NCBI GenBank assembly: GCA_012295275.1
Contig: CM022676.1
Span: 62,001-126,000 of the forward strand
Source: Chrysomallon squamiferum
Taxonomy: Eukaryota > Animalia > Mollusca
Direction: 5' to 3'
Length of the DNA stretch: 64,000 nt
The notes below the pieces were generated by a model, which had not been told where the DNA came from, did no database searches, and saw only the letters and a program-made list of their open reading frames with translations. Of this stretch, positions 14,282 through 29,200 are shown one piece after another; within the stretch, counting starts at the first letter, position 1; the number at the start of each line of letters is the position of its first letter. The position numbers and the translations under genes were made by a program.

Positions 14282-17200
14282 AATGACCAAAGTAAGCAAG
14301 AATGCAGCTTACTTAGTTAGTGAGAATGCAAGTAAGTATGTTAACAATTATCTAAGTAAGAAATAAATTTAGTACTTACCTAAATAATGACCTAAGTAAG
14401 CAAGGAAACAAGTAACTAAGAAAGTGAGAATGCAAGTCAGTACATTAACAATTATGTGAGTAAGAATGTAAGTAAGTACTTAGCTAATGACCTAAGTTAG
14501 CAAGGAAGAGAATAAGTAAGTAAATAGTAACCTAAGTAAGTACATTTCCAATTATCTAAATAACAAATAAATTAAGTAAGTAAGTAAATAATGACCTAAG
14601 TAAGCAAGGATGCAACTTTCTAAGGAAGTGAGAATGGAAGTAAGTACATTAACAATTATCTAAGTAATAAATAAATTAAGTAATTACGTAAATAATGACC
14701 TAAGTAAGCAAGGAAGCAAGTACCTAACTAAAGAAATGAAGTCAATTACAAGTACAATTATGTAAAGAATGTAAGTAACTAAATTAATGTAAGCTAAAGC
14801 AAAGTAAGTAAGTAAGTAAGTAACCTAAGTAAATAAAATGACAATTATCATAATTTAAATTATGTGAAAGAATGTAAGTAAGTACTTAATTAATATCCTA
14901 GGTTAGCAAGTAAGCGAGTAAGTTAGTAAATAGCAACCTAAAAAATACAATAACAATTATCTAACTAAGAAAGAAAGTAAAAAGTAATTAAATAATGATC
15001 TAAGTTGGGAAGGAAGCGAGCAAAAAATTAAGTTAAAATAAAAATGCAAAAAATTTGTAAATTAACAATTATCTCAGTAAACAATCTAAGTAAATCTAAA
15101 TAAAATAATGACCAAAGTAAGTAAGAAAGCAAGTAGCTAAGTAAGTGAAAATGAAGTAATTAAAAAATATAAGTAATGAGAATAAGTAAGTAAAATTAAC
15201 AATTATCTAAATTAAGAAATAAATTTAAAAGTAAATAAATAATAAATAAAAAGTAAGAAAGAAAAAAGTAAAAGTAAATAATGAAAAAAAAAGAAAAAGT
15301 AAACTAAAAAGCAAAAAATCAAAAAATTAACAATTATGTAAGTAAGTAAGTAAATTAAATAATGTAAGTAAATAATGACCTAAGTAAGCTAATGACCTAA
15401 GTTAGCAAGGAAGAGAATAAATAAGTAAATAAAACCTAAATAAACCTAAGTAAGTAAGTAAATAAGAAAATAAAAATAAAAAATAACAAATATCTAAAAA
15501 TAAAGTAAAAAAAGTAAAAAGAAGAATAAATAAATAGTAACCTAAGTAAAAGTATTTAATTATCTAAATAACAAATAAATTAAGTAAGTAAGTAAATAAT
15601 GACCTAAAAGTAAGAAGGCAATTTCTAAGGAAGTAAATGGAAGTAAGTAATTAACAATTAAAAATAATAAATAAATTAAGTAATTAAAAATAATGACCTA
15701 AGTAAAGCAAGGAAAAATAAAGTAAGTAACTAAGAGAGAAAATGCAAGTCAGTACATTTACAATTATGTGACTAAGAATGTAAAGTAACTACTTAATTAA
15801 TGTGCTAGGTTAATTAAGTAAGCGACTAAGTTAAGTAAAAATAGTAACCTAAGTAAAACCTAAAATAACAATTAACTAACTAAGAACTAAGAAAGAAATA
15901 AGTAAGTACGTAAATAATGATCTAAGTTGGCAAGGAAGCGAGCAACTAGGTGAAAATGCAAATTTGTACATTAACAATTATCTCAGTAACAATGTAACAA
16001 TAAGTAAATGTAAATAATGACCAAAGTAAGCAAGAATGCAGCTTAAGAATAGTGAGAATGTAACTAAGTAATAAAACAATTATCTAAAGAAATAAATTTA
16101 AAAATACTTAAAATAATGAAATAAAAGTAAGGAAAGGAAGCAAAAGTAAATTAAGTAAGAGAAAATGACAGTCAGAAATTGACAATTATGTAAATGAGAA
16201 TGAAAGTAAGTAATAAATTAATAATCCTAGGTTAGAAAGTAAGTAAGAGTAAATTAGTAAATAGTAACCTAAGTAAATAAATAAAATTATAATAACTAAG
16301 AAAAATAAAGTAAAATAAATAAGTAAATAATAATCTAAATTGGGAAAAAAAAAGAAGCAATTAAGTAAATAATGAAAAAAGCAAATTTGTACAAAAACTA
16401 AGCGAAATTAAATTTGTACATTAACAATTATCTCAGTAACAACGTAAGTAAGTACGTAAATAATGACCAAAGTAAGCAAGAATGAAGCTTACTTAGTTAG
16501 TGAGAATGCAAGTAAGTAAGTGTTAACAATTATCTAAGTAAAAATAAATTTAGTACTTAAAAATAATACCTAAGTAAGCAAGGAAACAAAATAACTAAGA
16601 AAGTAATGCAAGTCAGTAATTAACAATTATGTGAAAAAGAATGTAAATAAGTAAGAGTAATGACCTAAGTTAGCAAGTAAGAGAATAAGTAAGTAAATAA
16701 ACCTAAGTAAGTAAATAAATTAGAAGAAAAAGTAAAAATAAATAAATAAAAAATAAATAAATAAAAAAATAAAACAAAATAAAAATTAAATAAATAATAA
16801 GTAAGTAAGAAATAATGGAAAGTAAAGTAAGGAAGGAGTGCAACTTCTAAGTAATTAAAGGAAAAATAAATTAATTACAATAAATTATCTAAAATAAATA
16901 AATAAGTAATTACGTAAATAATGACCTAAATGAAGCAAAAGGAAGGAAGCAAGTACCTAACTAAGAGAGAATGCAAGTCAGTACATTTACAATTATGTGA
17001 CTAAGAATGTAAGTAACTACTTAATTAATGTGCTAGGTTAGCAAGTTAGCGACTAAGTTAGTAAATAGTAACCTAAGTAAATAAATAACAATTAAACTAA
17101 GAAAGAAAGTAAGTAAAAGTAAATAAATAAATAAGGAAAGAAATAAAGTAAAAAAAATGTAAATAAAAAAAAAAAAAAGTGTAATTAACAATTATCTCAA

Positions 17201-20200
17201 AAAACAATGTATAAAAAAAATAATTAAAAAATAAATAATGCAACTTAACTTAAGTAAAATGTAAAAGTAATAATAACAATTAATTAATTAAAAGTAAAAA
17301 AATAAAAGTTTAACTTACCTAAATAATGACCTAAAGTAAGAAAAAAACAAATAAAACAATTATCTAAGTAAGAAATAAATTTAGTAATTACCTAAATAAT
17401 GACCTAGAAAGGAAGGAAGGAATTATGTAAATGAGAATGAATAGTCAGAACATTGACAATTAATGAATGAGAATGTAAGTAAGTAAGTTTAATTAATATC
17501 CTAGGTTAGGTTAGCAAGTAAGCGAGTAAGTTAGTAAATAGCAACCTAAGTAAATACAATGACAATTATCTAACTAAGAAAGAAAGTAAGTAAGTAAATA
17601 AATAATGATCTAAGTTGGGAAGGAAGCGAGCAACTAAGCGAAAATGAAATTTGTACATTAACAATTATCTCAGTAACAACGTAAGTAACAAAAAATAATG
17701 ACCAAAGTAAGTGAAATAAAAAGTAAATAAAAGTAAATAAGTAAGTAAAACAATTATCTAAATAAGAAATGTTTAAGTAAGTAAGTAAATAATGACCTAA
17801 GTAAGAAAAAAAAAAAAAAATAAATAAGTAAGTAAAAAAGAAAAATAAAAAAAAAAAAAAATAACAAGAAGTAAGAAAAGTAAGTAAGTAAGTAAGTAAG
17901 AATGAAAGTAAAAGTTAAAAGTAAGAATAATAAGTAAATAAATAAATGAAGTAAAAGAAATAAAGTAAGTAAAAAATAATAAAAAAAGAAAGCAAGTAAG
18001 CTAAAAAGGAAAGTAAAAAACCTAAGTAAGTATTAATTATCTAAATAATTATCTAAAAATAATATAAATAAGTAAGTAAGTAAATAAATGACCTAAGTAA
18101 GCAAGGATGCAACTTTCTAAGGAAGTGAGAATGGAAAGTAAAAGTAATTAATTAAATAATATAAATATTAAAATTAAATAAATTAAAATAATAACCTAAA
18201 AAAAGCAAGGAAGCAAGTAAACTAAGAGAGAATGCAAGTAGTACATTTAACAATTATGTGACTAAGAATGTAAATTAAACTAAGAATTAATGTGTAAGTT
18301 AAGCAAGTAAGCGACTAAGTAAAATAGTAACCTAATTAAATACAAGTAACAATTAAATAAAAAATAAAAAAAAATAAAGTAAAATAAAATAAATCTAATA
18401 ATCTAAAGTAAGTAAGTAAATAAAATAATGATCAAAAAGTAAGAAAATAGGAGCAAAAATTTGTAAAATTTTTATCTAAATAACAATAATCTAACAATAA
18501 CAAAAATAAAATAAAAAACCAAAAATAAGACCAAAGAAGCAAGATGCTTAGCTTACTTAGTTAGTGAGAATGTAACTAAGTAACAACAATTATCTAAGTA
18601 AGAAATAAATTTAGTAATTACCTAAATAATGACCTAAGTAAGGAAGGAAGCAAGTAAGGTAAGAAGAAAGAAATGAAGTCAGAACATTGACAATTATGTG
18701 AATGAGAATGTAAGTAAGTATTAATTAATATCCTAGGTTAATTAATAATGTAAGTAAGTAAATAAATAACCTAAGTAAATAAAATAAATAATAAGTAAAT
18801 AAAAAAAAAAAAATAAATAAATAAAAGAAAAAGTAAATAAATAAAAAAGAAAAAGAAAAACTAAGAAAGAAAAAAAAATTTATAAAAAAAAGTAAATCAA
18901 ATAAGGAAAATAAAAAAAATAAAATAAAGTAAAAATAATGAAAAAAAATAAATAAAAAATGAAATTTAAAAAAATAATCTAAGTAAATAAAGTAAGTAAA
19001 TAACAATAAGTAATAAAAAATAATAAATTATCTCAACAACAAAGTAAGTAAAATAAATAAGAAGTAAGCAAGAATGAAGCTTACTTAGTTAGTGAGTAGT
19101 ATGCAAGTAAGTATATGTTAACAATTATCTAAGTAAGAAATAAATTTAGTACTTACCTAAATAATGACCTAAGTAAGCAAGGAAACAAGTAACTAAGAAA
19201 GTGAGAATGCAAGTCAGTACATTAACAATTATGTGAGTAAGAATGTAAGTAAGAATAAGTAAGTAATGACCTAAGTTAGTAAGAAGAAATAAAATAAGTA
19301 AATAAAACCTAAGTAAGTAAATAAATAAAATTATCTAAATAACAAAAATAAATTAAGTAATAAATAAAAATAAAATAAATAAAAAGTAAGTAAAATAAAT
19401 AAAATAAAAAATGAAGTAAATGGAAGTAAAAAATTAACAATTATCTAAGTAATAAATAAAAATAAATAATTAAAAAAAATAAATAACCTAAGTAATTAAA
19501 TAAAAAGAAGCAAGTAAACTAAGAGAGAAAGCAAGTCAGTACATTTACAATTATGTGACTAAGAATGTAAGTAACTAATTAATTAATGTTAATAAATTAA
19601 GTTAACTTAATTAATGTGCTAGGTTAGTAAGTAACTAAGTTAGTAAATAGTAAACCTAAGTAAATACAATAACAATTATCTAACTAAGAAAGAAAGTAAG
19701 TAAGTAAAAAATAATGATCTAAGTTGGCAAGGAAAGTTGCAAGTGAAAATGGTAATAAAACAATTATCTCAAACAATTAACAATTATCTCAATTAAAGTA
19801 AGTAAATAGTAATAACTTAAAAAATAAAAAAATAAGTAAAGTAAGCAAAGAATAAAGTAAGAAACAATTAAATAAATAAAATAATACTAAATAAGAAATA
19901 AATAAATAAAAAAAAAAAAAAAAATAATAAAAAGTAAAGTAACAATAAGTGAAAATGAGAAAAGAATGAGAATGACAGTCAGAACATTGACAATTATGTG
20001 AATGAGAATAATAAGTAAGCTTAATATCCTAATTAGTTAAGTAAGTAAGTAAGTAAAGTAAGTAAAAAAAGTAAAAACAAAGTAAATAAATAATAACTAA
20101 ATTAATCTAATTAAAGAAGAAAGTAAAAGAAAATAATAATACGTAAATAATGATCTAATCTAAGTTGGGAAGGAAGAAGGAGCAACTAAGCGAAAAATGC

Positions 20201-23200
20201 AAATTTGTACATTAACAATTATCTCAGTAACAACGTAAGTAAGTAAATAAAAATAATGACCAAAAATAAAGCAAGAATGAAGCTTAATTAGTTAGTGAGT
20301 GCAGTGCAAGTAAAATTATGTTAACAATTATCTAAGTAAAAATAAATAAAATAAAAATAAATAATTACCTAAATAAAGAAATTAACAAGTAAAATAAGAA
20401 AAGTGAAATAAAGTAAAAAGAAAAAAAATATGTGAGTAAGAATGTAAGTAAGTAAGTAATTAATGACCTAAGTAATAAGTAAGAAAGTAAGTAAGTAAAT
20501 AAAATAAAGAAGTAAGTAAATAAATTAAATAAATAACAAAAAATTAAATTAAAAAAATAAATAAATAAATAAATAAAAAAAAATAAAAAAATAAATAAGT
20601 AAGCAAGGAAATAAGAAAGTAAGCAAGGATGCAACTTTCTAAGGAAGAAATGGAAATAAGTAATTAACAATAACAATTAATAAATAAATAAATAAATTAA
20701 TTAATTAAATAAAATAATGACCTAAGTAAGCAAGGAAGCAAGTACCTAACTAAGAGAAATGCAAGTCAAGTCATTTACAATTATGTGACTAAGAATGTAA
20801 GTAACTAAGAATTAATAATAGGTTAGCAAGTAAGCTAAGTTAGTAAATAGTAACCTAAGTAAATAAAAAATAACAAATAAACTAAAAAGAAAAAAAATAA
20901 TAACAAAAGAATAATCTAAGTAAGAAAGGAAAGTAAAGTAAACTAAGTGAAAATGAAAAATTTGGCAAAACAATTATCTTAACAAAACAAAATGTAAATA
21001 AATTAATGTAAATAATGAAAAAATAAAACAAAAATGTAAATTAATGAAGTTAAAAGTAAAAAATGTAAAATGAAAATAAAGTTAACAATTATCTAAGTAA
21101 AAATGCAAATAAATTAAGTAAATGTAAGGTAAGTTAAATTAATAAAAGTAAATAATAAATTTAGTAATTACCTAAATAATGACCTAAGTAAGGAGAGAAG
21201 CAAGTACCTAAGTAGAAGAATGACAGTCAGAACATTGACAATTATGTGAATGTGAATGAAATGTAAGTAAGTACTTAATTAATATCCTAGGTTAGCAAGT
21301 AAGCGAGTAAGTTAGTAAATAGCAACCTAAGTAAATAAATGACAATTATCTAACTAAGAAAGAAAAAAGTAAAAGAAAGAAAAATAAATAAAAGTAAAAA
21401 ATAATAAAATAAATTAAAATAACAATTAAAGTTGGGAAAAAACAATTAAGAAATTAAATAATCAATAAACAAGTAATAAAAACAAATAAATAAGTAAATA
21501 ATGAATGTAAAAATAATGTAAAAATGAAGTAAAAATAAAAATAAATTAAAAATAATAAGAAAGTAAGTAAGTAAGAAAAAAAAAATAAAAATAATTATAA
21601 GTAAATAAAAATAAAATAAGAAAATAAAAAAAAGACCTAAAAGAAAGTAAGAAAAATAATAAAAAGTAAGTTAACAATTATGTGAGTAAGAAATGTAATA
21701 ATAACAATTAAGTTAAAGTGAAGAATAAGAAAGTAAAATAAGTAAGAGTAAGTTAGTAAGTAAGAAATAAAAAGAAAATAAGAGAATAAGTAACCTAAAT
21801 AGTAACCTAAGTAAAGTTTTTAATTATCTAAATAACAAATAAATTAAATAAATAAAGTAAATAATGCAACTTTCTAAGGAAGTGAGAATGGAAGTAAGTA
21901 ATTAACAATGAGAAATAAATAAATTAAATAATAATTAAATAATAAATAAATAAATAAATTAATAAATTACCTAAATAAGAAGGAATAAAGTAAGCAAAGA
22001 ATGAAACTAAGAACTAAGAATGTAAGTAACAATTTAATTAAATTATGTAAGAATAGTAATAATTAAATAAGCTAAGTTAATTAAAAATAAAAGTTAAAAT
22101 GTAAATAAAAAAGTAAATATTAACTAACTAAATAGTAAAGAAAGAAAAATAAATAAAATAAAAAAATAACTAAAAGTAAGTAAGGAAAGTAAGAAATAAT
22201 GAATAAGAAAATGAAAGCAAAGAAGTAGAAAATGCAAATTAAAAAAATTTTGTACATTAACAATTATCTAACAATTAACAGTAACAAATAATAAGTAAAA
22301 ATAATGACCAAAGTAAGCAGCAAGAATGCAGCTTACTTTAGTTAGTGAGAATGAACTAAGTACGTTAACAATTATCTAAGTAAGAAATAAATTTAGTACT
22401 TACCTAAATAATGACCTAAGTAAGGAAGGAAGCAAGTACCTAAGTAAGAGAGAATGACAGTCAGAACATTGACAATTATGTGAATGAGAATGTAAAATAT
22501 AATGATTAATTAATAATAATCTAGGTTAAATTAGTAAGAGTAAGTTAGTAAATAAACCTAAACAAATAAATAAAGTAATTAAGTAACTAAAAAAAAATAA
22601 AAAAAAAAAATAATAAATAAAATAAAAAAATAAGAAAAATAAGAAGAAAGAAATAAAAAAGAAAAAGCAAAAAATTAAAATTAAAAAAAATAATTATCTA
22701 AAAAAAATTAATTAAAATAATGACAAAAAACAAAAAAAATAAGTAAATAAATATCTTACCAAATAAGTAAATGAATAAAAAAGTAAATAAAGTTTGCAAT
22801 TAAGTAAGTAAAAATAAAAGTAAATTAACAATAATCTAAATTATTAAAAGAAATAAATTTAAAATGAATAATGACCTAAGTAAGCAAGGAAACAAGTAAC
22901 TAAGAAAGAAAGTGAGAATGCAAGTCAGTACATTAACAATTATGTGAGTAAGAATGTAAGTAAGTAAGTTAGCTAATGACCTAAGTTAGCAAGGAAGAGA
23001 ATAAGTAAAAATAGTAAATAAAAGTAAATAGTAACTAAGTAAATTAAAATAACAAATAAATTAAGTAAATTAAAAATAATGAAATAAATAAAAATAAGTA
23101 AGTAAAATGCAAATAAGCAAGAAATAAAAAAGTAAATGAAAGTAAGAATGGAAGTTAATTAATAAATAAATAAATTAAGTAATAAAAAAAATTAATAAAA

Positions 23201-26200
23201 TAATAATAAAATTAAATAAAAGCAAAAATAATAAATAAAGAGAAAAAGTAAAAATTTACAAATTAAATAAAAGGACTAAGAATGTAAACTAAACTAAATT
23301 AAATGTTGTAAGTTAGAAAATGTAAGTAACTATTAATAAATAAAAATAATTAATGTGCTAAGTTAAAAAGCGAGTAAAAAAGTAAAAATAGTAACCTAAG
23401 TAATAAATAACAATATCTACTAAGAAAGAAAGTAAGTAAATGATCTAAGTAAATTGGAAGGAAGTTAAGCAACTAAGTGAAAATGCAAATTTGTAAAATA
23501 AATTAATTAACAATTATCTAAGTAACAATGTATGTAAGTAAAAAATAAATAATAACCAAAGTAAGCAAGAATGCAGCTTACTTAAAAATTTAAGTGAGAA
23601 TAACAAATAAAAAAAAATTAACAATTATCTAAGTAAAAATAAATTTAAAAGTAAATAATAACCTAAAGTAGGAAGGAAAAGAAAGTAAGAAAATAAGTAA
23701 GTAATTAACAAATAACAATTAAGACATAAATGAATAAGAAAGAATGACAATTAATGAATGAGAATGTAAGTAAGTAATTAATTAATAATCCTAGGTAAAT
23801 TAAATAATAAATAAATAATGAGTAAGTAAAGTAAGGAAGCAAGTAAGTAAGTTAAGTAAATAGCAACCAAAAGTAAAACCTAAAATAAAATAAAATGAAA
23901 AATTAAAAAGAAAGAAAAGTAAAAATAAGAAAGTAAAAGGTAATAAATAAAATGAAAAAAGAAAATAAAATGAAATAAAAAAAAGAAAAGAAAATTAGGA
24001 AGCAACAACTAAATTAAAAATAATAAATTTAAATAATTAACAATTAATCTCAGTAACAACGTAAGTAAAAGTAAATAAATAATGAAAAAATAAAGCAAGA
24101 ATGAAGTTAAGTTAAGTTAGTAGTATGCAAGTAAAATAAGTTAACAATTATCTAAATAAAAATAAATTTAGTAATTAAAAAATAAATAACCTAAATTAAG
24201 TAAAAACAAGTAACTAAGTAAGTAAAAAATGCAAAATAAGTAAAGAAAATTATGTGAAGTATAAGAATGTAAGTAAGTAAATTAATGTGAAGAATGAATG
24301 TAAAAGTTAGCTAATGACCTAAGTTAGAAGGAGAAATAAGTAAATAAAAAAAAAATAGTAAAGAGTACATTTCCAATTATCTAAATAACAAATAAATTAA
24401 GTAAGTAAGTAAAATAATGACCTAAGTAAGCAAGGATGCAACTTTCTAAGGAAGTGAGAATGGAAGAAGTACATTAACAATTATCTAAGTAATAAATAAA
24501 TTAATAAATAAATAAATAATAATGACCTAAGTAAGCAAAGGAAGCAAGTAAACTAAGAGAGAAAGCAAGTAAGTAAGATTTACAATTATGTGACTAAGAA
24601 TTAAGTAACTAAATAATTAATGTGCTAAGTTACTAATAAATTAACTAAGTTAGTAAATAAAAACCTAAAACCTAAATAAAAACAAAATAAATAACTAACA
24701 AATCTAACTAAGAAAAAAGTAAAAAAAAATAAATCTAAATAAAAAGGAAGTTGAAAGCAACTAAAGTGAAAAACTAATGAAAACTTGTGAAAACAAACTA
24801 TCTTAACAATTATCAATTAACAACAATTAAGTATGTAATAATGTAAGTAAAAAATAATGACCAAAGTAAGCAAGAATGCAATGCTTACTTAGTTAGTGAG
24901 AATGTAACTAAGTACGTTAACAATTATCTAAGTAAGAAATAAATTTAGTACTTACCTAAATAATGACCTAAGTAAGGAAGGAAGGAAGTAAGTACCTAAG
25001 TAAGAAGAGAAATGACAGTCAGAACATTGACAATTATGTGAATGAGAATGAAAGTAAGTAACAATTAATATCCTAATTAATTAATATAAGAAAGTAAGTT
25101 AGTAAATAGCAAAAAGTAAGTAAAAATAAATAACAATTAACTAATAAAAAATTAAACTAAGAAGTAAGTAAAAAAATAATGATCTAAAAGTAAAGGAAAA
25201 TAAAAAACTAAGCGAAAAAATGCAAAAATTTGTAAATTAAAAATTATCTCAAAAAAACAACGTAAGTAAATTAAAAATAATGAAATAAAAAGTAAGTATC
25301 TCAGAAACAATGAGCTTAAGAAAATTATGACCAAAGTAAGTAAGAAGTTACTTATGTTAACAATTATAAGTTAACAATTATTAACAATTATCTAAGAAAA
25401 TAAATTTATTTAATTTACTTAAAAATAATGACCTAAGTAAGCAAGGAAACAAGTAACTAAGAAAGTGAGAATGCAAGTCAGTACATTAACAATTATGTGA
25501 GTAAGAATGTAAGTAAGTAAAGCTAATGACCTAAGTTAGCAAGGAAGAGAATAAGTAAGTAAATAGTAAATAAATAGTAACCTAAGTAAAATTTCCAATT
25601 ATCTAAATAACAAATAAATTAAAAATAAATAAGTAAATAATGAATAAGTAAAAGGATGCAACTTTCTAAAAAGTAAATGGAAGTAAGTAATTAACAATTA
25701 TCTAAGTAATAAATAAATTAAGTAATTAATAAATAATGAATATCTAAAATAAAAAAATAAAGCAAAAAAAATTAACTAAAGAAGATGCAAAATAAGTAAT
25801 TAAAATTAAGTGACTAAACTAAATGAAAGTAACTACATTTAATAAATGATGTGACTAAGAATGTAATGTAACTACTTAATTAATGTGCTAGGTTAGCAAG
25901 TAAGCGACTAAAAATAGTAACCTAACCTAATAAAAAAAATATAACATATCTAACTAAGAAAGAAAGTAAGTAAGTAAAATAAATAATGATCTAAGTTGGC
26001 AAGGAAGCGAGCAACTAGGTGAAAATGCAAATTTGTACATTAACAATTATCTCAGTAACAATGTATGTAAGTACGTAAATAATGACCAAAGTAAGTAAGA
26101 ATGCAATGCAGCTTAAAGTTAGTGAGAATGTAACTAAGTACGTTAACAATTATCTAAGTAAGAAATAAATTTAATAATTACCTAAATAATGACCTAAGTA

Positions 26201-29200
26201 AGAAAATTAAGGAAATAAAGTAACTAAGTAAGAAAGAATGAAAGTCAAGTAAGTAAGAAAATTAATAATGTGAAAGAGAATGTAAGTGTAAGTATTAATT
26301 AATAATGTAGGTTATAATGAATTAATTAAGAATGTAAGTTAGTAAATAAATAATAATATAAATAAAATAACAATTAAAAAATAAGAAAAAAAATAAAAAA
26401 AATAAAATAAAATAATCTCTAACTAAGAAAAGTAAAAAATAAAATAAATGATCTAAGTTGGGAAGGAAGCGAGCAAACTAATAAATGAAAATGCAAATTT
26501 GTACATTAACAATTATCTCAACAAACAACAAAGTAAGTAAGTAAATAATGACCAAAGTAAGAAAAGAAAAAGCTTAAATTAGTTATCTGTTAGTAAGTAA
26601 GTATAAAAGTAAGTAAAAATAAATAAAACAATTAAATAAAAAAAGAAATAAATTTAGTAAATAAATAAATAATGACCTAAGTAAGCAAGGAAACAAAGAA
26701 ACTAAAAAAGAGAATGCAAGTCAGTACATTAACAATTATGTAGTAAGAATGTAGTAAATAAAAGTAATGATGAGTAAGTTAGCAAGGAAGAAGAAATAAG
26801 TAAAAAAGAATAAAGTAACCTAAGTATAAATAAATTAAATTAAGAGAAATAAATAAAATAAAAATAAGTAAAAATAAAAAATAAAAATAAGTAAAATACC
26901 TAAAGGATGCAAGGATGCAAGGAAGTGAGAATGGAAGTAAATAATTAATTAACAATTATCTAAGTAATAAATAAATTAAGTAATTACGTAAATAATGACC
27001 TAAGTAAGCAAGGAAGCAAGTACCTAACTAAGAGAAATGCAAGTCAGTACATTTACAATTATGTGACTAAGAATGTAAGTAACTACTTAATTAATGTGCT
27101 AGGTTAGAAATAAGCTAATAAAGTAAAAATAGTAAAGTAAGTAAATACAATAAAATATCTAACTAAGAAAGAAAAAAAAGTAAGTAAAAAATAATAAATA
27201 AAGTAAGAAAGAAAGAAAGTAAACTAAGTAAAAAGAAAATAAATAAGTAAAATAAAAATGAAAAAAAAGTAATTAACAAATGTATCTAAAAAAAAAAAAT
27301 GAATAACTAATTAATATAAAATTAATTAACAATTATCTAAATAACAAAATAAATGTAGTAAAAAATAATGACCAAAGTAAATAAGAATGCAAGCTACTTA
27401 GTTAAGAATGAACGTACGTTAACAATTATCTAAGTAAAATAAATAAATTTAATTTTACCTAAATAATGACCTAAGTAAGGAAGGAAGCAAGTAAAGAAGT
27501 AAGAGAGAATGACAGTCAGAACATTGACAATTATGTGAATGAGAATGTAAGTAAGTACTTAATTAATATCCTAGGTTAATTAAGTAAGCAGTAAGTTAGT
27601 AAATAGCAACCTAAGTAAATAAAATAAATAAATTATCTAACTAAGAAAGAAAAGTAAGTAAATAAAGTAAGTAAATAATGATCTAAGTTGGGAAAGGAAG
27701 CGAAACTAAGTGAAAATGCAAATTTGTAATTAACAATTATCTCAGTAACAACGTAAAAAAAAAAAAAAAATGACCAAAAGTAAGTAATGAAACAAGTTAA
27801 CAAACGAAGTATGTAAAAAAAGTAAAACAATTATCTAAGTAAGAAATAAATTTAGTAAATTAAATAAAAATGACCAAAGTAAGTAAGAATGCAAGTAAGT
27901 AAGTAAGTAAATAAAACAATTATCTAAGTAAGAAATAAATTTAGTACTTACCTAAATAATAATGACCTAAGTAAGTAAAGAAACAAACAAACTACTAAGA
28001 AAGAGAATGCAAGTCAGTACATTAACAATTATGTGAGTAAGAATGTAAGTAAGTAAGTAAATAATGACCTAAGTTAGACCTAAGAGAATAAGTAAGTAAA
28101 TAAATAACCTAAAGTAAGTACATTTCCAATTATCTAAATAACAAATAAATTAAGTAAGTAAAAATAATGACCTAAGTAAGCAAAGGATGCAACTTTCTAA
28201 GGAAGTGAGAATGGAAAGGGTAATTAACAATTATCTAAGTAATAAATAAATTAAGTAATTAAAATAATGACCTAAGTAAGCAAGGAAATAAATTACCTAA
28301 CTAAGAGAGAATGAAGCAAGTAAGTGCAAGTCAGTACATTTACAATTATGTGACTAAGAATGTAAGTAACTAACTACTAATGTGTACTAGGTTATGTGAC
28401 TAAGTAAGCGACTAAGTTAGTAAATAGTAACCTAAGTAAATAAATAAAATTAACTAACTAAGAAATACAATAACAATTATCTAACTAAGAAAGAAAAAGT
28501 AAGTAAGTACGTAAATAATGATCTAAGTTGGCAAGGAAGCGAGCAACTAGGTGAAAATGCAAATTTGTACATTAACAATTATCTCAGTAACAATGTATGT
28601 AAGTACGTAAATAATACCAAAATAAAAAGCAAAAGAATGCAAGAATGCAAAAAGTTAGTTAGAATGTAACTAAGAATAAACTAACGTTAACAATTATCTA
28701 TTATCTAAGAAATAAATTTAGTACTTACCTAAATAATGACCTAAAGTAAGGAAGGAAGCAAATAAGTACCTAAGTAAGAGAGAATGACAGTCAGAACATT
28801 GACAATTATGTGAATGAGAATGTAAGTAAAGTAAGTAATTAATTAATATCCTAGGTTAGAATGTAGTAAGTAAGTAAAATTAAGTAAATAGCAACCTAAG
28901 TAAAAAAATACAATAAATTATCTAAACCAAAAAATAAATTATCTAACTAAGAAAGAAAGTAAGTAATTACGTAAATAATGAATAAGGAAGGAAGCAACTA
29001 AGCGAAAAAAAATGAAAAAAAATGTACATTAACAATATCTCAGTAACAACGTAAGTAAGTACGTAAATAATGACCAAAGTAAGCAAGAATGAAGCTTACT
29101 TAGTTAGTGAGAATGCAAGTAAGTGTATGTAACAATTATCTAAGTAAGAAATAAATTTAGTAATTAAATAAGAAATAAAAAATAATGACCTAAGTAAGCA